A stretch of DNA of 64,000 bases from an uncultured delta proteobacterium (lineage in GTDB: Bacteria; Desulfobacterota; Binatia; UBA9968): assembly GCA_963816145.1 (NCBI GenBank), contig CAWFJP010000014.1, positions 416,001-480,000 of the forward strand, written 5' to 3'. Of this stretch, positions 57,568 to 64,000 are shown in pieces. The notes below the pieces were generated by a model that did not search any database, was not told the origin of the DNA, and saw only the letters and a program-made list of their open reading frames with translations. Position 1 is the stretch's first letter, and every line of letters starts with the position of its first letter. A program made the position numbers and the translations under genes.

Positions 57568-58659
57568 TCATGAACCTTTTAAGATCTTTGCCAACTCCTC
57601 TTTGAACTGTAGCCCCTCGGCGTCTTCGTTTTTCAGGTAATAGCTGATCGACAGCTTGGGCTCCTGGACGGCGACTTTGTTTTCCTTGAGATACTTTTGC
57701 ATCAGGGTGCCTTCGACCAGATGGGAGCTGCGCGATTCGTGCTTTTGCATGATTTCTTGAGCTTCGCGGGTCGCCATAAAAGCGGCGAATAGTTTTGCCG
57801 AGTTCGGATGCACGGCGTTTTTCGGCACACTCAATTGAAAGTAATCGGTGTTGATCGGTGTGACTCCGGGCACGGCGACCAGCGGCGCGCCTTTGGGCTG
57901 CCATGACCACATGGCGCTGAGCGCATCGCCGAAGTTGGCCATGATCGGAAATTCGCCGCTAACGACGCGCTCTTCTTCACTGTAGCGCAAGCGTCCGCCG
58001 CTCAGCGCGACCAACTTGCGCGCGTAATCTTTGACCTTCTCTTGACCCCAAACGAGCGAAAGTTCGGCGAGCCAGGCTACGTAAGGCGGTATTGCGATCT
58101 TGCCGGCCCAGGCTTGGCTTAACTTCGGGTCCACCAAGTCGGCATAGTTTTTCGGCGCCTTATCTTTGGGAATCAAATCTTTGTTGTAGACGATACCGTT
58201 GGGCGAAGTGTAGGTCAGCACGGTTTCACCGGGAAAGATTTCCATCTCCTTGGTCACCCAAGAAAAAATTCCCGCGTAATTGACCCTCTCCAGCGCATTT
58301 TCCTTGTGCAGCAGCGCTTGATGAGATTGCGAACCGAGAAAAATATCCGATGATACTTTGCGCCCGGCTTTGATCTCGGTAATATGGCGTGCCGCCCGCG
58401 CGTTCATGTCGGGGCCAGCCGCGAAGTTGATTTTGGTTTTGAGTCCGAAGCGTTTGTTGAATGCCACCTCGATGTCGGCGAGTCCTTTGCGTCCGCCGAA
58501 CGTTTGGGCGCCGGCGATGAAAGTAATCTCGTCCTCGGTTTTCGCGCCAGCGACGAGCGATTGTAGAGTGTCGGCGGCGTTCACGTAAGGGACGCTCAAC
58601 AGAATTAACGCGAGCTGTAACAATCTAAAGCGGAAAACTTTGATGACGGACTGTTTCAT
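57568..58659 (-). CDS. Extracellular solute-binding protein (Fe3+-type)
   Basis: Signal peptide, PKNYADL.DP, VPKNAVHPNSAKLF. Confidence 0.85.
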   Translation of the reverse strand: MKQSVIKVFRFRLLQLALILLSVPYVNAADTLQSLVAGAKTEDEITFIAGAQTFGGRKGLADIEVAFNKRFGLKTKINFAAGPDMNARAARHITEIKAGRKVSSDIFLGSQSHQALLHKENALERVNYAGIFSWVTKEMEIFPGETVLTYTSPNGIVYNKDLIPKDKAPKNYADLVDPKLSQAWAGKIAIPPYVAWLAELSLVWGQEKVKDYARKLVALSGGRLRYSEEERVVSGEFPIMANFGDALSAMWSWQPKGAPLVAVPGVTPINTDYFQLSVPKNAVHPNSAKLFAAFMATREAQEIMQKHESRSSHLVEGTLMQKYLKENKVAVQEPKLSISYYLKNEDAEGLQFKEELAKILKGS

Positions 58660-58740
58660 TACTTTCTCCCGATAGAGGTTTTCAATTTCAAGCCGAGGGG
58701 TTCTGAATGTGTAGTCTTATTCGGCACGCTTTCTCAATGT

Positions 58741-58825
58741 CGTCATTCCGGCGATAGCGGGAATCCAGGATTTAGTCCCTGGCCTAAAGGGACGAACCTG
58801 GATGCCCGCCTGCGCGGGCATGACG
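58741..58825. repeat. REP/dRS3-like doublet
   Basis: CGTCATTCCGGCGATAGCGGGAATCCAG...CTGGATGCCCGCCTGCGCGGGCATGACG. Confidence 0.85.
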
Positions 58826-58858
58826 AAGGGGATAATCAGGTCATCGATAAAAAGGCCA

Positions 58859-60013
58859 TCACGCAACCTGAATTTCTCCAGGAACGATGGTGATCATTTG
58901 GTTCTTGGCTGGATCGCGCACGACGCCGACCGGGTCTTCACCGTTTTGCACGGCCTCGATGCAGTCCCGGAACATGCGGCGCAGTTGAATCACACCTTCG
59001 TCGGAGACGCCGAGATGCTCGCCGCTACGGTCAAAGATCGCCCCCTGGCTTTCCTGGGCGCAGCGGTCCTGATCGCCGCGGGCGATCCAGCCGGTCGCTT
59101 CGTCCCAACGGTACTTGCCGAGAACACTGTCGCCCAAGCCTTCGGCGGATTGGTCCTTGGGAATCTTCACTGTCGCTTTGCCGTTTACAATCGGTGCGAA
59201 GTAGAGGGTGAAATGCATCGTGTTGGTATCATCCACCGGCACGCGCCAGCGCAGCGCTTCGTAGCCTTCATGGGTCGCCGCGAAGGCGGCGGGGTGATCT
59301 TCGTTCAGGTGATAGCCGACTTTGTTCATATTGGGGAACAAGAAAAAACTCTTGGTCATGAACGAGCCTGCGGCGACGGTGCGCGTGAAGGTCGCTTTGA
59401 TGCCGAATTCAAATGGATCGGATGTCAGCGTTTCACCTGACCACAAGCTCGTTTTGGGCGTGCGGTGCAGCCATTTGAAGTGATGTTGGTCGACGCTGTT
59501 TTCGACCGCTTGGAGAAAGTTGCAGTGCATCACGCGCCCAGCCATGGCGCGCACGCCGTCATCACGCACCAGCACATCCCAACGAGGCAACAGCGGCGCG
59601 GGTTCGGGACCGAGATAGGCGAACAACATCCCGGCCAGCTCTTCGAGCTTGTAGGATTTTTGTTTGAGGCGATCTTTGTAGGTGCTGTCGGCGGGCTCGC
59701 CGGGCATTTGCAGAATTCTTCCTTCGGTGTTGAACAGCCAACCATGGTAGCAGCAGCGCAGGCCGCCATCTTCGACATGGCCGAACTCCAATGACGTGCC
59801 GCGGTGCGGGCAACGCAGAGTCAGAATGCCGAGTTTGCCGTGATCGTCGCGGAATAAAACCAAATCTTCGCCGAGCAACCGCCGGCGCAATGGCCGTCCC
59901 TTAAGTTCACTGGCAAAACCGATGGGATGCCAGTAACGCCGCATCATATCGCCGCCGGGCGTGCCCGGGCCGACGTGAGTGATGAGTTCATTTTCAGCGA
60001 TGCTGAGGGACAT
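58859..60013 (-). CDS. Rieske oxygenase alpha subunit (paralog of 56323)
   Basis: CPHRG...CCYHGW, NSVDQHHFKWLH. Confidence 0.92.
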   Translation of the reverse strand: MSLSIAENELITHVGPGTPGGDMMRRYWHPIGFASELKGRPLRRRLLGEDLVLFRDDHGKLGILTLRCPHRGTSLEFGHVEDGGLRCCYHGWLFNTEGRILQMPGEPADSTYKDRLKQKSYKLEELAGMLFAYLGPEPAPLLPRWDVLVRDDGVRAMAGRVMHCNFLQAVENSVDQHHFKWLHRTPKTSLWSGETLTSDPFEFGIKATFTRTVAAGSFMTKSFFLFPNMNKVGYHLNEDHPAAFAATHEGYEALRWRVPVDDTNTMHFTLYFAPIVNGKATVKIPKDQSAEGLGDSVLGKYRWDEATGWIARGDQDRCAQESQGAIFDRSGEHLGVSDEGVIQLRRMFRDCIEAVQNGEDPVGVVRDPAKNQMITIVPGEIQVA

Positions 60014-60036
60014 GGGGTGGTTCCAGAATCTTTCGT

Positions 60037-60123
60037 CCGTCATACCGGCGCAAGCCGGTTTCCATCGTGGTCTTCGCTACGTCCGCATAATAACCTGGAT
60101 TCCGGCTTTCGCCGGAATGACGG
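60037..60123. repeat. REP/dRS3-like doublet
   Basis: CCGTCATACCGGCGCAAGCCGGTTTCCA...TGGATTCCGGCTTTCGCCGGAATGACGG. Confidence 0.85.
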
Positions 60124-60177
60124 AACAGAGTTTTGTGCGCGGTACGCTGGCGTAACATTTCGCAGGTTATTACCAAT

Positions 60178-60939
60178 TTAACGGATTCCCTTTCGCTCGA
60201 GAAAGGCTTTGAAGCCCTCGCGTGGCGAATTGGCTTTGAGTTTGTTTTTTCGAGCATTCTGCTCAGCGTCGAAGCGCTCGCGCCACAAGGTGCCGACGCC
60301 GTCGTCGAGGAGTTTTTTTATGCCCTGGACCATGCGCGGATCGTTTGCGCCGATCTGTTTGGCCATGGCGATCGAGCTGTCGAGCAGTTGCGCGCTGGTC
60401 ACGACTTGATTGAGCAGGCCGATCCGTTCGGCTTCTTCGGCGCGTACCGGCCGGCCGGTATAGAGCAGCTCTTTTGCCTTGGGTATGCCTACCACTAGGG
60501 GCAGGGACCAGGTCGAGTTGGCACGGCCATACTTGGCGGCGAGGAATTGAATTTCGGTGTTTTCGCAGCCGATGCGGATGTCGAGCATGGTCGTCAGCTG
60601 GGCGCCGGCGCCGTAGGCGATGCCGTTGATGGCGCCGATGATCGGCTTGGTGAATGTCGCCAGGTGCCAGTTCATCTCGCGCCGTTTGTCCATCCGCGCG
60701 GCCATTTCTTCCGGTGTCGATTTGACCATCTGGTGAATGTCGCCGCCGGAAGAAAACGCCCGCGGTCCGGCGCCGGTGAGGACCACGCAGCGCACTTTGT
60801 CGTCGCCTTCGATGTTGCAGAGTTCTTCATCGAGGTCGGACGCCAGTTCGTAGCTCATGGCGTTCAACTTTTCCGGTCGATTCAATGTGATCACGGCGAC
60901 CGTATCGACGCGCTCACTCAAAATGTTTTGGTAAGCCAT
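60178..60939 (-). CDS. Crotonase/enoyl-CoA hydratase family protein
   Basis: LNRPEKLNA, AFSSGGD, KPIIGAING, EGFKAFLERK. Confidence 0.9.
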   Translation of the reverse strand: MAYQNILSERVDTVAVITLNRPEKLNAMSYELASDLDEELCNIEGDDKVRCVVLTGAGPRAFSSGGDIHQMVKSTPEEMAARMDKRREMNWHLATFTKPIIGAINGIAYGAGAQLTTMLDIRIGCENTEIQFLAAKYGRANSTWSLPLVVGIPKAKELLYTGRPVRAEEAERIGLLNQVVTSAQLLDSSIAMAKQIGANDPRMVQGIKKLLDDGVGTLWRERFDAEQNARKNKLKANSPREGFKAFLERKGIR

Positions 60940-61008
60940 TCAGTTTCTCCTTCAGTGTGGCCACATTAGAACAAAAAGGCGCGAACGGCGCAATCGAGGG
61001 ATAAAATA

Positions 61009-61117
61009 CAGAGAGTTGAGATAGAGATTTGAGACAGAGATTCGGACCGGTCTGCTCTTATAGCGAGCGGCGCTGGGTTTGTCTTACTTCTCTATCTCAA
61101 TTCTCTATCTCATTCTG
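61009..61117. repeat. Periodic inverted-arm element (GAGATAG type)
   Basis: CAGAGAGTTGAGATAGAGATTTGAGACAGAGA...TCTCTATCTCAATTCTCTATCTCATTCTG. Confidence 0.75.
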
Positions 61118-61118
61118 A

Positions 61119-61898
61119 CTACGTCCGCACGGGCTCGTACACTATCGCTTGTTTGACCGCGGCATCGATCTGGGTGGCCATGGGGTTCTGGATCTCTTCG
61201 GCGATATGGCCGATGGCACCCAAGGTTCGGCCGATGAGCGCGAAGGCTTTGGATATCTGCCAGGGATAGCCCATGTCCAGAGCGATGGCAGCGATGGCGC
61301 CGGTGACATTGACCGGGATCAGGCGCTTGCGCCGCTCACTGGAATGTTTCGACAGCCGCTGGATCAGCTCGCAGTATTTGCCGTAGACCTCAGTGCTGCG
61401 GGCAATGTTAAAGAGCGTCTCGGCGCGCGGGTCGCCTTCGGCGTGGGTACGGTGGCCGATGCCGGGCATGCGCTGCTTGCGCGCGGTGTAGTCGTCGATG
61501 ATCTTGGTGGCGATTTCATCATACGCCGGGTTCTTGGTATCCTGCGGTAAGGCGTCGACGAGCATTTTCGCCGACCATTCCGACGAACCCAAATGGACGC
61601 TGCCGGCGCCGCATAACGCCGCCGCCACCGCCGCTTGCATCGCTTCCGGCGCGCAGTGATAGATCAAGCGCGCCGCGATGACGTGGGAGACCATGCCATG
61701 CTCGACCAGGATGATCATCAGCGCGTCCAACATTTTCGCTTCATTGGCGGTCGGTAAACGGCCGCGCAAGATCAGCGACGTCATGTCGGTGAACGTGATG
61801 TGGCCGACCAACTCCTTATTCAGATCGTAGCCGCGCACCAGTATGCGATGCAATTCTGCTTTGCCGATGCCTGTGACTATCTTTGCTGCTTCTGCCAT
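61119..61898 (-). CDS. Citryl-CoA lyase/citrate synthase family protein
   Basis: VRGYDL..EL, EHG, PGIGHR.H..DPR, NVTGAIA, R..G..GH..EE. Confidence 0.87.
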   Translation of the reverse strand: MAEAAKIVTGIGKAELHRILVRGYDLNKELVGHITFTDMTSLILRGRLPTANEAKMLDALMIILVEHGMVSHVIAARLIYHCAPEAMQAAVAAALCGAGSVHLGSSEWSAKMLVDALPQDTKNPAYDEIATKIIDDYTARKQRMPGIGHRTHAEGDPRAETLFNIARSTEVYGKYCELIQRLSKHSSERRKRLIPVNVTGAIAAIALDMGYPWQISKAFALIGRTLGAIGHIAEEIQNPMATQIDAAVKQAIVYEPVRT

Positions 61899-62034
61899 TG
61901 CTAATTCCTCCGTAGATTAGATTTCGCTCGTCTGGATATAGGCCACGCGGCCTAGCAAGGTCAAACGAGCCTGGTTTATTTCCGCAGTTTTTTATGCGTA
62001 AAATGGCCGCCTGAAACGAGGGACACTAGAACCG

Positions 62035-63279
62035 ATGGCTGATTACGCAAAAGAACATTACGACTTTCCCCTGAGCAAGAAGAGCGAACATAAACCGCTC
62101 AATGGCGTGCGCGTGATCGATGCCGGCAACATGGTGGCAGCGCCGTTTGCGACGGTGTTACTCGCCGACTTCGGCGCCAATGTGATCAAGATCGAGCATC
62201 CGAAGTATGGCGACGGCCAGCGCAAGCTCGAACCGATCATGGACGGTATCCCGCTGTGGTGGAAGTCGGTGGCGCGCAACAAACGGTGCATCACCCTCGA
62301 TCTCGGCAAGCCGGAAGGCGCGGACATCTTCAAACGGCTGGTCAAAGGCACCGATGTGGTGGTCGAAAATTACCGTCCGGGCACGTTCGAGAAGTGGGGC
62401 ATCGGCTACGAGGCCATTCGCGCCATCGATCCGCGCATCATCATGCTGCGCATCTCCGGTTTCGGCCAGACCGGTCCGTATAAGAACCGCGCCGGATTCG
62501 GCCGGGTCGCCGAGGCGATGAGCGGATTGACCAACTTGATCGGTGAACCGGATGGCCCGCCAATGTCGCCGGGCTACCCGCTGGGCGACCTGATCGCCGG
62601 GATTTTCGGTTCGCTGTCGGTGATGATGGCGCTTTATCACCGCGATCTGCGCGGCGGCGAAGGCCAGATGATCGACCTTGCTTTGTACGAAGCGGTGTTC
62701 CGCTTCCTCGACTTCGACCCGATCCAATACGATCAGATGAAGACCGTCCATATGCGCACCGGCAACCGCGTCGCCTATGTCGCGCCGAGCTCGATGTTCA
62801 AGACTAAGGACGGCAAATATCTGACCCTGGCGGCGAGCACGCAGAGCGTTTGGTTGCGGCTGGCCGAAGCGATCGGACGCCAAGATATGACGACCGACCC
62901 CAAATTTATCGACAATTCGGCGCGGGTGGAAAATTCCCTGGAGTGTAACGGCATCGTCGGCGCCTGGATCGCACAACACACGCGTGATGAAGTGATCGAG
63001 CACTTCGACAAGCATGGCGTCGCCTACTCGGCGGTATTCGACATGGAAGACGCCTTCCGCGATCTCCAGTATCGCGCCCGCGAAGCGATGGTACGGGTGC
63101 CTGATCCCGATCTCGGCGAGGCGATCGTGCAAAACGTCGTGCCGAAGTTTTCCGGGACACCTGGTTCCGTCGACTTTCTCGGCCGCAAACTGGGCGAGGA
63201 TAACGAAACGATCCTCTGCGGTGAGTTGGGGCTGTCCAAGGAAAAGTTGAAAGAGCTCAAGGACAGCGGAATTGTGTGA
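62035..63279 (+). CDS. Family III CoA-transferase (formyl-CoA transferase-like)
   Basis: LADFGA.VIKIE, RNKRCITLD, ENYRPG, SGFGQTGPY, GDLIAG. Confidence 0.93.
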   Translation: MADYAKEHYDFPLSKKSEHKPLNGVRVIDAGNMVAAPFATVLLADFGANVIKIEHPKYGDGQRKLEPIMDGIPLWWKSVARNKRCITLDLGKPEGADIFKRLVKGTDVVVENYRPGTFEKWGIGYEAIRAIDPRIIMLRISGFGQTGPYKNRAGFGRVAEAMSGLTNLIGEPDGPPMSPGYPLGDLIAGIFGSLSVMMALYHRDLRGGEGQMIDLALYEAVFRFLDFDPIQYDQMKTVHMRTGNRVAYVAPSSMFKTKDGKYLTLAASTQSVWLRLAEAIGRQDMTTDPKFIDNSARVENSLECNGIVGAWIAQHTRDEVIEHFDKHGVAYSAVFDMEDAFRDLQYRAREAMVRVPDPDLGEAIVQNVVPKFSGTPGSVDFLGRKLGEDNETILCGELGLSKEKLKELKDSGIV

Positions 63280-63337
63280 ACGTTTCCCGCGAAAATTCTA
63301 TCAGGTTAACCCCGTGGAGAAAAAGGACAGATGGCTT

Positions 63338-63610
63338 TTACTACGAAGTGTCCATGAGCTTGCGCTCGTGTACAGAGTATGAAATTGCAGCCCCGCAGAC
63401 CACATGGTTCTTCCCTTGATTCGTCATGCCGGCGCAGGCCGGCATCCAGGCGAGGGAGGGGATGGATAGTGGCTTCCGCCGGTATGACGGAAGCTCCATG
63501 CCAGTTCGTCGCCCATGATCTTATCTGCACGTGTATTTTCTTATGGAGGACACGAAGAACACGAAGGTCGGAATGCTAATTATTCGAAACCTTCGTGCTC
63601 TTCGTGGTGA
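63338..63610. repeat. Nested composite: CACGAAG element interrupted by a ~200-bp insert containing a REP/dRS3-like doublet
   Basis: TACTACGAAG|insert|GACACGAAGAACACGAAGGTCGGA...TTCGAAACCTTCGTGCTCTTCGTGGTGA; inner GTCATGCCGGCGCAGGCCGGCATCCA...TGGATAGTGGCTTCCGCCGGTATGAC (63423-63488). Confidence 0.75.
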
Positions 63611-63739
63611 TGCCTAGATTTCTTGCCATTGTAAGCGCCACCCCTGGCGAAAAATCTTAATATGCAGTAGTGAGTTTGGAGCTGCGCTGCGATTCGTGTG
63701 AGTCGCTACACAATTTCATTTTAGGAAGGATTTTCACTC

Positions 63740-64000
63740 ATGATGACCGATCTGGCTCCGCCGCAGATTCGCGGCATGACCGGACTCGAGCTCGCCGCCG
63801 GTGTGTTCGCTAAATGTTCTGACCAGTTGGCGACGCAGTTGAAGATTACACTGACCTCCGGAGCGAAAGACACCGGGCCGCTGCCGTTTAGCATCGGCAT
63901 CAACGGCGACGTCTACGGCGGCATGCGCGCGCCGTTGGAGGTCGGCATGCGCCGCGTCGATATCGCCTACGTCAACCCTTCTGCCATGGTCTCCATGGCC
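63740..64000 (+). CDS. 5' part of a gene running off the window; possibly a TAXI-like substrate-binding fold
   Basis: AGGAAGG RBS, open frame MMTDLAPP...VDIAYVNPSAMVSMA. Confidence 0.45.
   Translation, partial: MMTDLAPPQIRGMTGLELAAGVFAKCSDQLATQLKITLTSGAKDTGPLPFSIGINGDVYGGMRAPLEVGMRRVDIAYVNPSAMVSMA

Noticed and set aside
62158-63132. Long antisense ORFs (also 1625-2431, 33936-34589 and others)
   Set aside because: Shadow frames of GC-rich genes with no motifs.
1-64000. tRNA, rRNA, prophage, integrase or DDE transposase genes
   Set aside because: No recognisable motifs were seen by eye; small ncRNAs cannot be excluded without covariance searches.

Overview
A GC-rich bacterial chromosomal window. 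The gene content resembles Candidatus Binatia/Binatota-type deltaproteobacteria, but this is inference only. It is dominated by about 18 orphan substrate-binding proteins (SBPs), three Rieske oxygenases, four crotonase-family proteins, three family III CoA-transferases and VOC/hydrolase genes. No rRNA, tRNA, CRISPR array, integrase or DDE transposase was seen. The less ordinary content is: (1) an integrase-less array of four integron cassettes with attC sites at 26.6-29.6 kb, encoding PIN-, HEPN-, TIR/SEFIR- and GIY-YIG-like proteins, plus a solo cassette near 10.4-11.5 kb that appears to sit at a non-att secondary site; (2) a GxxExxY nuclease gene bracketed by 28-bp inverted arms of 9-bp periodicity, whose gene-less copies recur elsewhere among many intergenic tandem-repeat-armed hairpins, suggesting an uncharacterised mobile element family; (3) a duplicated sigma-54 promoter/enhancer module driving tiny exported peptides, including a 41-aa lipoprotein absent from the ORF track, divergent from a histidine kinase/NtrC pair; (4) two insertions each bounded by a duplicated 3' end of the neighbouring gene. 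All product calls come from motif recognition by eye, not database searches.
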